Assembly (NCBI GenBank): GCA_903831305.1
Contig: CAIKXE010000011.1
Coordinates: 12,002 to 76,001, forward strand
DNA from: an uncultured bacterium
GTDB lineage: Bacteria > Patescibacteriota > Minisyncoccia > Phycocordibacterales > GWA1-40-21
Length of the DNA: 64,000 bases
Direction: 5' to 3'
This document shows positions 46,558-55,942 of the stretch, one piece after another. The notes under the pieces are model-generated. The model did no database searches, was not told the DNA's origin, and saw only the letters and a program-made list of their open reading frames with translations. Each line of letters opens with the position of its first letter. Position 1 is the first letter of the stretch. Position numbers and translations under genes: made by a program.

Positions 46558-47286
46558 ATGATAGAAATAATACCCGCCATATTACCAAAAGATTTAGAAG
46601 ACTTGAGAGACAAGATGGCTCAAGTGAGTGGTCTGGCGCCTTTGGTGCAGATAGACATTTGTGATGGTAAATTTGTTCCGAGTAAGACCTGGCCTTATGT
46701 GAAAGGTGGTATGGCCGAGTTTGAGGGAATTATCACCGAGGATGAAGGTTTCCCTTTTTGGGATTCTCTGGATTTGGAGATTGATCTCATGGTCAGAAAT
46801 CCTGGGGATGTGGTGGATGGTTGGATCAAGGCCGGGGCAAAACGGCTAGTTTTACATTGGGAGTCCGCGCCAAATATTTTAGAGATTGTGGAAAAACTGC
46901 GCGCCGAATATGGTACCGCTAGAGAGGAGGCCTTTGGCCTGGAGATTGGTGTAGCCCTAGACATCCGGACGCCCAATGAGGAGATCTATGAAGTGTTGGA
47001 TCTGATAGATGATGAAGGTAATTGCATTATTGATTTTGTGCAGTTTATGGGAATAGACAATGTGGGTTACCAAGGTCAGGAATTTGATGATTTGGTTTTA
47101 GAAAAAATTAGTGATTTGCGTGACCTGTATCCCAATATTCCGATCAGTGTGGATGGCGGTGTAGGCTTTGATAATGCGGCGGATCTGATTTCCGCTGGGG
47201 CTACCAAACTCATTTCTGGTTCAGCTATTTTTGACAGTGGTGACATTGCCGAGGCTATCCATAATCTGGCTAATTCGGGAGAATAA
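46558..47286 (+). CDS. rpe: ribulose-phosphate 3-epimerase-like TIM-barrel protein
   Basis: IIPAILPKD...VQIDICDGKFVP and the C-terminal VDGGV region fit the RPE family. Confidence 0.65.
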   Translation: MIEIIPAILPKDLEDLRDKMAQVSGLAPLVQIDICDGKFVPSKTWPYVKGGMAEFEGIITEDEGFPFWDSLDLEIDLMVRNPGDVVDGWIKAGAKRLVLHWESAPNILEIVEKLRAEYGTAREEAFGLEIGVALDIRTPNEEIYEVLDLIDDEGNCIIDFVQFMGIDNVGYQGQEFDDLVLEKISDLRDLYPNIPISVDGGVGFDNAADLISAGATKLISGSAIFDSGDIAEAIHNLANSGE

Positions 47287-47302
47287 ATGTTATAATTAAA
47301 AT

Positions 47303-48172
47303 ATGAAGACTTTAAAACAATATATTTTAGAAGCGGAGAAAAAGGGGATAGCGATCGGACATTTTAATATCTCTAACCTGGAGACTTTGAAAGGCATCTT
47401 TGAAGCCGCTCGGAAGCTGGACTTGCCGGTGATTATTGGTACCGCGGAGGGAGAGAGAAATTATATTGGTGTTAAGCAAGCCGTGGCACTCGTAAAAAGT
47501 CTACGGGAGGAGTTTGATTACCCTATTTTTCTAAATGCTGATCATACTTACTCCTTTGATAAAGTAAAAGAAGCCGTGGATGCTGGTTATGATGCGGTGA
47601 TCTTTGATGCTACCAGCCTACCCTTTGAGGAAAATATTAAAATTACCAAGCAGTGTGTGGAGTATGCTAGAAGTGTGAATCCGGATATTATCGTGGAAGC
47701 GGAGCTTGGTTTTATTGGTAGCTCATCTAAGGTGCTGGATGGTATTCCGGAAGGAGTAAAAATTACAGAAGAATATTTGACCAAGCCTGAAGAAGCCAAA
47801 AAGTTTGTGGTGGAAACTGGGGTGGATATGCTGGCCCCAGCAGTCGGTAATATTCACGGGATGCTCAAAGGTGGTAAGGACCCAGCCTTAAATATCAAGC
47901 GTATCAAGGAGATTAAGAAAGCCGTGGGTATCCCTATGGTTCTACATGGGGCTTCGGGTAACTCGGCTTCAGATGTAAAAGAAGCTATTTTAGCTGGAAT
48001 GTCTGTGGTCCATGTCAGTACGGAAATTCGCGTGGCTTTCCGCAAGGCCTTGGTTAAGTCTCTCCAGGATAATCCTGACGAAGTGGCGCCATATAAATAC
48101 CTCAAGGAAGCCGTTATGGCGGTGGAACAAGTAGTGGAGCAAAAACTCAGCCTTTTTAGTAATTTGGATTAG
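47303..48172 (+). CDS. fba: class II fructose-bisphosphate aldolase
   Basis: GIAIGHFNISNLE, NADHTYSFD, VLHGASG. Confidence 0.8.
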   Translation: MKTLKQYILEAEKKGIAIGHFNISNLETLKGIFEAARKLDLPVIIGTAEGERNYIGVKQAVALVKSLREEFDYPIFLNADHTYSFDKVKEAVDAGYDAVIFDATSLPFEENIKITKQCVEYARSVNPDIIVEAELGFIGSSSKVLDGIPEGVKITEEYLTKPEEAKKFVVETGVDMLAPAVGNIHGMLKGGKDPALNIKRIKEIKKAVGIPMVLHGASGNSASDVKEAILAGMSVVHVSTEIRVAFRKALVKSLQDNPDEVAPYKYLKEAVMAVEQVVEQKLSLFSNLD

Positions 48173-50088
48173 ACACCGATAATCACCGGGATCACCATCG
48201 GTTTTTTAGCCGTCTTTTGGAAGAGGTATTTACTGATGGCATCGGTGACGGCATTTTTTACATAGTCAAAATCAATCGGCTTCATGCCAGCTGCGGTAGT
48301 CTCAATAGTTTTCTTAATGATAAACCGAGTTTCAGTCAAAAGTTCTTGGGACTCACGTAAGTAGACAAACCCGCGTGAAATAATATCTGGGGATTTTTTG
48401 AGCTTACAAGTAGTGGTGTTGATACTAGCAATGATGACAAACATCCCGTCTTGAGCCAGCATTTGACGGTCTCTGATTACCACTTCCTGGACATCACCAA
48501 TGGAGAAACCATCCACCATCACTAGTCCGGATGGTGCCTTTTCTTTCAGGATTTGAATTTTCTCGCCATCACGGATTTCAATAATACTACCATTGTCTGG
48601 TACCACAATATTTTCTCGGGGGGTGCCGAGGGAAGCGGAGAGGTCCGCATTCATCTTGAGCATATAGTGATGTCCGTGCACGGGCATAAAAAACTTGTGT
48701 GGAATCTGTTTTTGGATCCAGGCTAGTTCTTCACGTTTGCCGTGTCCACCAGCATGCACATCCGTATCAGAATAAGTGATAATCCGGGCATCATGGCGGT
48801 AGAGGTTATCCTTTAGACCAGTGATAGCACGTTCGTTGCCAGGAATTACGGAGGAAGAAAGGATGATAGTATCAGTTTTATTCAGTTTGATTTGTTTATG
48901 ATTATTGTTAGCCATACGCATGAGCGCTGCAAACTCTTCACCCTGGGCACCAGTAGCAAGGATCATGAGCTTGTGTGGAGGATAATCTGCAATATCTTCC
49001 ACGGCAATAATGTGCTCCACGTCAGCTAGTTTGAGGAATTTGATTACTTCCACATTGTTCTTCATACTGCGACCTTCAATCACTAGTTTCTTGCCATACT
49101 TTTTGGCCATATTGATAAAGTGGATAATGCGCTCAACCTGCGAGGCAAAGGTGGCAATCACAATCCGTCCGGTCACCTCACTCACTATCTTATCAATGGT
49201 TTTAATCACTTGATTTTCGGAGATGGTCCAACCCGGTTTTTCAATACCGGTGGAGTCCATGGTCAAAAGCAGGACTTTGCGGTCTTTGAAAAATTTGTAT
49301 TGCTCAAATTCTTTTGGGGCCACTACTCCGTTTTCATTTTCCACGCGAACATCACCGGTGTTTACAATGTCACCAAGTGGAGTTTCAATGATGATACCAG
49401 TAGAATCAGGAATAGAGTGGGTAAGGCCAAAAAATTTTAGTTTTAAATCAGGGGTGAGTGGTAAAAAGCCATCATCTTTACCCACTATCTTAATATTTAA
49501 TTCTGGCAGATGAGGAAATTCGGTTTGCCTCTTTTTGATAAGTAAGGCGCCAAATTCTCTGGTGTAAATAGGTGGGTTACCAAGCTTTTCAATGAGATAG
49601 GGAATACCACCGATATGGTCCAAGTGGCCGTGGGTAATCACTAGAGCGCGAATCTTACCCCGCCTTTCCTCAAGATATTTAGTGTTAGGTAAAATGTAGT
49701 CAATACCAGGGGTTTCTTCGGTTTTAAATTGAATACCAGCATCTATCACAATGATGTCATTCTTGTACTCAATGGCGATCATGTTTTTACCCACCTCTTC
49801 CACTCCACCCAAAGGGATTACTCGGAGGGTCTTTTCTTTTAATAGGGGTACCACATCCTCAAACTTTTTGTGAGTACTTGGGCCGGTTCTTTTTTGAGGA
49901 GTAGGCCTCCGAGTATTTTTTAATTGCCTTTTGGCATTATGTTGAAGTCCAATCATAGAAGATAGGTGACCATCATGTTTTGGTACCTGCACATTTTTAA
50001 AGATAGAGCTATCGGCATGAAAAGGAGTAGAACGGCGTCTTTCGCCACCGGGGGTGTTTACGTTGCTAGTAGTGTTGTTTGTAATCAT
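48169..50088 (-). CDS. rnj: ribonuclease J (beta-CASP metallo-beta-lactamase)
   Basis: THGHLDHIGG zinc motif plus beta-CASP region. 639 aa. Confidence 0.8.
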   Translation of the reverse strand: MITNNTTSNVNTPGGERRRSTPFHADSSIFKNVQVPKHDGHLSSMIGLQHNAKRQLKNTRRPTPQKRTGPSTHKKFEDVVPLLKEKTLRVIPLGGVEEVGKNMIAIEYKNDIIVIDAGIQFKTEETPGIDYILPNTKYLEERRGKIRALVITHGHLDHIGGIPYLIEKLGNPPIYTREFGALLIKKRQTEFPHLPELNIKIVGKDDGFLPLTPDLKLKFFGLTHSIPDSTGIIIETPLGDIVNTGDVRVENENGVVAPKEFEQYKFFKDRKVLLLTMDSTGIEKPGWTISENQVIKTIDKIVSEVTGRIVIATFASQVERIIHFINMAKKYGKKLVIEGRSMKNNVEVIKFLKLADVEHIIAVEDIADYPPHKLMILATGAQGEEFAALMRMANNNHKQIKLNKTDTIILSSSVIPGNERAITGLKDNLYRHDARIITYSDTDVHAGGHGKREELAWIQKQIPHKFFMPVHGHHYMLKMNADLSASLGTPRENIVVPDNGSIIEIRDGEKIQILKEKAPSGLVMVDGFSIGDVQEVVIRDRQMLAQDGMFVIIASINTTTCKLKKSPDIISRGFVYLRESQELLTETRFIIKKTIETTAAGMKPIDFDYVKNAVTDAISKYLFQKTAKKPMVIPVIIGV

Positions 50089-50097
50089 TATTGTTAA

Positions 50098-51837
50098 TTA
50101 TTTTAATAAAAAGTTCCAAATCTGGTCCGTTTCGATATACCATTTATAGACCTCGTCAAACCGCTCCGAGCGGTTGTTCACTAGTCCGGATTTAAAGCCT
50201 TGGATTCTGGCTGGTAAAACATAAATAAATTTTGGGGAATAAATGAAAATGGCTGGAATATCGTTTTTAATTTCTGTTTCAAAAAGAGTATACTTTTTTA
50301 AGCGGGTAGCTTTGTCTGATATTTGTCTAGCATCTTCTAATAATTTATCAGCCTTGCTGTTAGTATACATGGCTATGTTATAGCCAGTATTTCTTTGTGA
50401 GGAGTGCCAAAAAGCAAAAAGGTCTAAACTCCGGTTGATAATTTCCCCAAAAAGCAAGGCGTCATATTTTCTAGGTCCGATGACACTTTGATTCAGGTCA
50501 CTGGGATCAAAGGTCTCAATTTCCACTTGTACACCAAGTAAAGCCCAGTCTTCTTTTAAAATATCCGCCACTTTTTTAAGTTCAACGGCGTTAGAAGTAG
50601 AAATAGAAAAAGCTAATTTTAAGGTTTCGGTCTTGCTTATCTTTTTTTCCCAAACACTGCCAGTTTCGTTAAATTTCCAGCCGCCTTTGGTTAGTATTTC
50701 CTTGGCTGTGGTTATGGCTTTTTCTTTATTATAGGAATTTGGTTTGCTTTCATTATTATCTAGAACCCCGTTGGGAAGGGGACCGTCTATCATTTCTCCA
50801 TAACCACCAAGCGCCTCGTTCACAATCCGGTTTTTATCCACCGTTATATCTAGAGCTTGTCTGACTTCCTTATTTAAAAATATTTTAGCTTGATTCTGAT
50901 TAAAGAATAAACCAAAGACTCGTGGTAAGGAAATCTCTTCGGTATTTGCGTTATCGTTCTTTTTAAGACTTTCCAAGCCCTGTAGTGATAGGGCATTGGT
51001 GCCATCTATCTCTCCTCTTAAATAGCCATTTAATAAATCTTTTTCGTTTAAATAAAAAATAAATTTTAAATCAGTAATATATGGTTTGCCTAGGGTGTAT
51101 TTATCAAAAGATTTTAAATCATAACTTGCAGGGATACCCAAATTATTCCGACTGACTTTACTGATGAGGTATGGTCCGGAACCAATAGGCTCAATGTTAT
51201 ATAGGCTTTGAGAAAACTGATTAGTCGTTGCGGTGCCCCAGATATGTTTTGGTAAAATACCCAAAGTGGTGTTTTCTAAAAAGGGTGAGTACGGTTGATT
51301 AAGCTTGAAGGTGACTTCTGTCTCGCTCATTTTTTTTGTTTCTACACCAACCCAGTTATTTCTCTTGGGACTGCGGAGGTTCATATCTTGGGTCATCTCA
51401 ACTGTATAGATAATATCATCAGCTGTAACCTTTACTCCGTCATGAAAATAAGCATTTGGGCGTAATTTAAAAGTATAGGTTAGTCCATCTTCAGAGACCG
51501 TATAACTCTCAGCCAAGTCTGGTATCAAATCACCACTGGCGGTGGCCCGCATCAGTCCAGAATAAATAAGGTAAGTTAAATCTCGGTCAGAATCTGATAA
51601 TTCTAGTAGGGGGTTTATAAACTGGGCTCCACCGATCAAGCCTTCAGTAAATGAACCACCATAAGCTGGTACACTGGTAACAAAGTTTAGGTTCATTTTC
51701 CAGAGTAATGATAAGCTGGATATCATGAGGACTATAGTCAAAGTTATAAAAAGAGCTTTTTCCGTCAAGCCAAAAGATTTGGCAATTTTTTCCAAATAGT
51801 TAATCCTGGTCCGATATATATTTTTGATATTTAACAT
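50098..51837 (-). CDS. ABC transporter substrate-binding protein, family 5 (peptide/nickel)
   Basis: N-terminal anchor. Overall OppA/DppA-like domain order. Confidence 0.65.
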   Translation of the reverse strand: MLNIKNIYRTRINYLEKIAKSFGLTEKALFITLTIVLMISSLSLLWKMNLNFVTSVPAYGGSFTEGLIGGAQFINPLLELSDSDRDLTYLIYSGLMRATASGDLIPDLAESYTVSEDGLTYTFKLRPNAYFHDGVKVTADDIIYTVEMTQDMNLRSPKRNNWVGVETKKMSETEVTFKLNQPYSPFLENTTLGILPKHIWGTATTNQFSQSLYNIEPIGSGPYLISKVSRNNLGIPASYDLKSFDKYTLGKPYITDLKFIFYLNEKDLLNGYLRGEIDGTNALSLQGLESLKKNDNANTEEISLPRVFGLFFNQNQAKIFLNKEVRQALDITVDKNRIVNEALGGYGEMIDGPLPNGVLDNNESKPNSYNKEKAITTAKEILTKGGWKFNETGSVWEKKISKTETLKLAFSISTSNAVELKKVADILKEDWALLGVQVEIETFDPSDLNQSVIGPRKYDALLFGEIINRSLDLFAFWHSSQRNTGYNIAMYTNSKADKLLEDARQISDKATRLKKYTLFETEIKNDIPAIFIYSPKFIYVLPARIQGFKSGLVNNRSERFDEVYKWYIETDQIWNFLLK

Positions 51838-51906
51838 AAATAAAGAATAAAGAGATTTAGCTTGGGCAAGCTAAGAAAATGACTTTTAATAAATAAAAAT
51901 AAATGA

Positions 51907-52152
51907 TTATTTTATAATCAGGGCTAGTAGGGAAGAAACCACAAACAGGACGGCACAGGCGATGGTGAAGTAAAATAATTTTTGTTCAAAACCTCGTCTG
52001 GTGTGAAAACCGGCGTTAAAATTGTCACCCCCGCCGAAAGAACCGCCGACGCCAGCTTCTGACTTTTGTATTAAAACAGCCACCACTAAAAGGACAGACA
52101 AGGCTATTTGGATGTATGGCAATATGCCGGCTAAACTGGTCATTCGTGCCAT
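51907..52152 (-). CDS. secG: preprotein translocase subunit SecG
   Basis: 81 aa with two TM segments and the G-rich loop GGSFGGGDNFNAG. Confidence 0.6.
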   Translation of the reverse strand: MARMTSLAGILPYIQIALSVLLVVAVLIQKSEAGVGGSFGGGDNFNAGFHTRRGFEQKLFYFTIACAVLFVVSSLLALIIK

Positions 52153-52276
52153 TATAGCATAGGGGTATATTATTGCAACCTCTTGGAACCATTTTACTGG
52201 TGGATATTTATCCGATTATATGGTATACTTTTGAGCAGTCGGTTTAATAGCTTAGCAATTATTTAATTAAAATTTT

Positions 52277-52831
52277 ATGACCATTATTTATGTTTTGATT
52301 GGAATTATCATTATTTTAGCCGTTTGGGTTATCTTTGCCTATAATCATTTTATTTCTCTGATTAACAATGCCAAGGAAGCTTGGTCTGATATTGATGTCC
52401 AGCTCAAGAGGCGTTATGATTTGATTCCAAACTTGGTTAATACGGTAAAAGGGTATGCTACTCACGAAAGTAGTGCCTTTGAAAAGGTGACTCAGGCCCG
52501 CACTGCGGCTATGGGTGCCGGTAATGTGGCTGACAAGGGTAAGGCTGAGAATATGCTGACCGGAGCCTTAAAATCTGTTTTTGCTATCGCTGAGGCTTAT
52601 CCGGATCTTAAAGCTAATCAGAATTTCCTCAGTTTGCAGACCGAGCTATCAGATACTGAAAATAAAATTCAGGCTTCCCGCCGTTTTTATAATGGTAATG
52701 TCCGTGATCTAAATATTGCTATTGAGGCCTTTCCGGGCAATTTGATTGCTGGCCGTTTTCACTTTGCTAAGATGGAGCTTTTTACTCTGGAAGAAGAGGC
52801 TGCCAAGCAACCAGTTGAGGTCAAGTTCTAA
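52277..52831 (+). CDS. LemA family protein
   Basis: N-terminal TM segment. YNGNVRDLNIAIEAFPGN matches the LemA signature. Confidence 0.75.
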   Translation: MTIIYVLIGIIIILAVWVIFAYNHFISLINNAKEAWSDIDVQLKRRYDLIPNLVNTVKGYATHESSAFEKVTQARTAAMGAGNVADKGKAENMLTGALKSVFAIAEAYPDLKANQNFLSLQTELSDTENKIQASRRFYNGNVRDLNIAIEAFPGNLIAGRFHFAKMELFTLEEEAAKQPVEVKF

Positions 52832-53749
52832 ATGTCCACACTGTATACTGAACAATCTAAGAATGTCCGAAATACTTGGTTTTTGATGACCATGTTTTTG
52901 GTCGTGATTGTCGCCCTTGGCTACTTTATTAGTTACTACTACAGCAGTCCGGTAATTTTGTATGGGGCAATTATTTTTAGCTTGCTGATGAATATTTTAA
53001 GCTATTGGTATTCGGATAAAATAGTGCTTACTATGGCCGGGGCCAAGGAAGCGGATCATGATACTTATACAGATTTATATCATACGGTGGAGAATCTCTC
53101 TCTTACGGCCGGTTTGCCCATGCCCCGGGTTTACCTTATAAAGGACGGTTCACCAAATGCTTTTGCGACCGGGCGGGATAAGGAGCACGCGGTGGTAGCG
53201 GTAACTACCGGACTGTTACAGATTTTAAATAAGACCGAGCTTGAAGGTGTGATTGCTCATGAGTTATCACATATCGGCAATAGAGATATTTTACTTCAAA
53301 CCGTGATTGTGGTCTTGGTGGGCTTTGTGTCTATCCTGGCTAATATTTTTATGCGGGGTGGTATGAGGCGAGGGGATAGGGATAATGATAAGGGCGGGGG
53401 AATCCTTATGGTGGCGGGTATTGTTTTAGTTATTTTATCACCACTTTTTGCTAAATTGATTCAACTGGCTATTTCACGAAAGAGAGAATTTCTGGCCGAT
53501 GCCTCCGGGGTTCTCCTCACTCGGTATCCGGAAGGTCTTGCTTCTGCTTTGCAGAAGATTTCTCAGGCCAATATTCCTCTGCGTAATCCTAATCAGGCTA
53601 CTGCTCATCTGTTTATTGCTAATCCTTTCCCTCAAGTAAACTTGGGACAAGTTAGTAATTTAGGTAATAAGTTCTCTAGCTTATTTAGTACACATCCGCC
53701 GGTAACTGAACGTATAAAAGCTATTTTAGGAGAAAGAAAAGTAGAATAG
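52832..53749 (+). CDS. htpX: M48-family zinc metalloprotease (HtpX-like)
   Basis: HELSHIGNRD (HExxH) and 4 TM segments. A LemA-HtpX pair is common. Confidence 0.75.
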   Translation: MSTLYTEQSKNVRNTWFLMTMFLVVIVALGYFISYYYSSPVILYGAIIFSLLMNILSYWYSDKIVLTMAGAKEADHDTYTDLYHTVENLSLTAGLPMPRVYLIKDGSPNAFATGRDKEHAVVAVTTGLLQILNKTELEGVIAHELSHIGNRDILLQTVIVVLVGFVSILANIFMRGGMRRGDRDNDKGGGILMVAGIVLVILSPLFAKLIQLAISRKREFLADASGVLLTRYPEGLASALQKISQANIPLRNPNQATAHLFIANPFPQVNLGQVSNLGNKFSSLFSTHPPVTERIKAILGERKVE

Positions 53750-53753
53750 GATA

Positions 53754-54419
53754 ATGAATAAAACTAAGCTTAAAAAAATAGAGGAGAAAATAAATAACCG
53801 GATTGAAGATAAAATCCTATCCCTGAAGATTTTTGATGAGCCACGCCCAAATTATATTTCTGATGTCACTATTATTGATCGGGTTTTAGAGAAGACTGTT
53901 TTGAAACTGTTCCCGCTCTTTATTCGCCCAAACTTTTTAACTATTTTTAGGTTTATTTCTATTCCTTTCATTGTTTTACTTTTGTTATCAGAAAATTATG
54001 TGTTTGGTTTTTGGTTGTTTATTGTGTCAGCTTTTACAGATGCTTTAGACGGGGCCATGGCCAGAACCAGGAATCAGATCACCGACTGGGGAATAGTTTT
54101 TGATCCTTTTGCTGATAAACTTTTAATTAGCAGTGTTTCTTTAATTGTGATTTCTAAATTCATTAGTCCGGTTTTGGCGGGGATAATAGTAGCCATAGAA
54201 GCTTTTTTGATAATTTCTTCTTATATTCGCTTCAAAGGGGAAGTGGTACCAGCCAAAACTGCGGGCAAGATAAAAATGATTTTACAATCTGTGGGAGTGG
54301 GGTTTTTATTATTATCAATTATGCTTAATCTGCCAGTCCTTATTATTGTTTCTACCTATATTTTGTATTTAGCTATCATCTTTGCTCTCCTTAGCTTGTT
54401 TGTCTATCGGTCTATTTAG
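53754..54419 (+). CDS. CDP-alcohol phosphatidyltransferase family protein
   Basis: DALDGAMAR-x8-G-x3-D-x3-D (DALDGAMARTRNQITDWGIVFDPFADK). Confidence 0.8.
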   Translation: MNKTKLKKIEEKINNRIEDKILSLKIFDEPRPNYISDVTIIDRVLEKTVLKLFPLFIRPNFLTIFRFISIPFIVLLLLSENYVFGFWLFIVSAFTDALDGAMARTRNQITDWGIVFDPFADKLLISSVSLIVISKFISPVLAGIIVAIEAFLIISSYIRFKGEVVPAKTAGKIKMILQSVGVGFLLLSIMLNLPVLIIVSTYILYLAIIFALLSLFVYRSI

Positions 54420-54503
54420 TACTTGACAAAACGTATTTAATTGTCTATTCTATTTTTAGATTGTTTGAGCACCTAGATTCTATGTAGAGAGAAAGGGGTA
54501 GCT

Positions 54504-55088
54504 ATGGCCACGAAGTTTGTGTACCTGCAAGGGGAGGATAGAGAGTTTTTGACTGATCTGTGCCAAGGGATGTATCTGGACGGTTCCTGCTACATCTTTG
54601 CCTTGGCCATGCATCGTGCCCTGGGCTGGCCGATCATCGGTCTCATGGAGGGACGCACTATCCGGCATGCTCTAGTGAGGCACCCCGGTGGTAAGCTCTG
54701 GGATGTCCGTGGGCCGGTGCCGGAGGAGATGGCGGTTGCCCCGTTTGGTCTCGCCACCTATGACTTCTCAGAAGTGGCCGAGGCCGAGCTCGTTACCCTC
54801 TGTCATGGTGAGGAGCACGTGGAGTACAAGGTAGAAATGGCCGAGAGGATGGCCCAGTCCCTGTGGCCGAACTTGCCCTGGAAGTCCAGTCAAAAGGAAC
54901 GTCTTCAGGAGTTTGCGGATGGGCTGGAGGAGTTGTCCAGGCGGACAGGGGTTTGGATTCGCAGTCCGGTGCCTGGTTGCCCGCCTGTTCTCGCCCCTGG
55001 TCTGGGGGATGAGGGCGGCTACCGGCTGAGTCAGATGCCCGTCCCCCAAGGCTACACAATAGACCGGTACTTCCCGGCCTTGATGTAA
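54504..55088 (+). CDS. hypothetical protein encoded in GC-rich foreign segment
   Basis: 194-aa ORF in a ~0.6-kb stretch that is far more GC-rich than the window. Codon usage is unlike its neighbours. No motif. Confidence 0.45.
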   Translation: MATKFVYLQGEDREFLTDLCQGMYLDGSCYIFALAMHRALGWPIIGLMEGRTIRHALVRHPGGKLWDVRGPVPEEMAVAPFGLATYDFSEVAEAELVTLCHGEEHVEYKVEMAERMAQSLWPNLPWKSSQKERLQEFADGLEELSRRTGVWIRSPVPGCPPVLAPGLGDEGGYRLSQMPVPQGYTIDRYFPALM

Positions 55089-55194
55089 AAAAAGGAAAGC
55101 ACAAATATCACTCGAGAAGGTCACCCGACCGCTCGGGTGATTTTCTTTTTAGGCTGTAAAATTATCCTTTTATATGTTAGGATACTTTTTAGAT

Positions 55195-55279
55195 GGAGAG
55201 ATGCGAGAGTGGTTTAATCGACAGACCTGGAAAGTCTGCGTGGGGCAACCCACCAAGGGTTCGAATCCCTTTCTCTCCG
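55195..55279 (+). tRNA. tRNA-Ser (anticodon GGA)
   Basis: Acceptor ggagaga/tctctcc. 3-bp D stem. Anticodon stem cagac/gtctg with loop cuGGAaa. Long variable arm. T arm aaggg-ttcgaat-ccctt. No CCA encoded. Confidence 0.8.
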
Positions 55280-55305
55280 CAATTTTTAGTGATATTATGT
55301 AGGTT

Positions 55306-55743
55306 ATGAAATCTAAGATATTAATAACCAGCATAATAATTTTAGTGGTGGTTTTTGTTTTAGTGGCGTTTTCCGCAAGGAAAAGTCCCCAAATAACCAT
55401 TGCCGGTAATACTTGGGTAGTGGAGCTAGCTGATACGGAGGATAAACAGACTTTGGGTTTGTCCAGCCGAGCCAGCTTGGTGGAAAAAACTGGTTTACTT
55501 TTTACTTTTCCAAGATTAGATAAACAATATTTCTGGATGAAGGACATGCTTTTCCCGATTGATATGATTTTTCTTGATGATAAGTGGAAAATTGTTTTAA
55601 TTGAATCAAATGTTGGGCCAGAAACTTTTCCCACAACTTTTGGTGGGCAAATTTTGGCTAAATACGTATTAGAAGTGAATGCAGGAGAAGCCAAGAAGGC
55701 AGATTTGAAAGTGGGGGACACGGCCGTTTTTCAAATTAACTAA
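55306..55743 (+). CDS. DUF192 family protein (membrane-anchored)
   Basis: YFWMKDMLFPIDMIFLD is the DUF192/COG1430 signature. Confidence 0.65.
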   Translation: MKSKILITSIIILVVVFVLVAFSARKSPQITIAGNTWVVELADTEDKQTLGLSSRASLVEKTGLLFTFPRLDKQYFWMKDMLFPIDMIFLDDKWKIVLIESNVGPETFPTTFGGQILAKYVLEVNAGEAKKADLKVGDTAVFQIN

Positions 55744-55942
55744 TTTTTCCTAAAATTTAGGTCCTTTTTGTCTTGTATTATAAGTAAATTTTTCTGACTG
55801 GCTTTACACCTCCTTTTTTTTGACTCAGACTGTGGATTTTTAGACTTTTCCTATTCTTTTGTGTTTGGAATTAGTGTAAAATTAGCAGACCTTAAAAATA
55901 TTTTAAGAAAATTTTATTAGTCAGGATAATTTAATAAGAAAA

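Noticed and set aside
54768-55124. Two overlapping minus-strand ORFs (118, 103 aa) in the GC-rich island
   Set aside because: Same GC-driven artefact. They overlap each other and the + strand ORF, and their translations are Pro/Arg/Gly-rich.
55170-55721. 183-aa minus-strand ORF
   Set aside because: It spans tRNA-Ser(GGA) and runs antisense to the DUF192 gene, so it is spurious.
55744-55942. NrdR box or cobalamin riboswitch upstream of nrdJ
   Set aside because: No NrdR-type palindromes and no B12-box-like conserved core are visible. The region is just AT-rich spacer.
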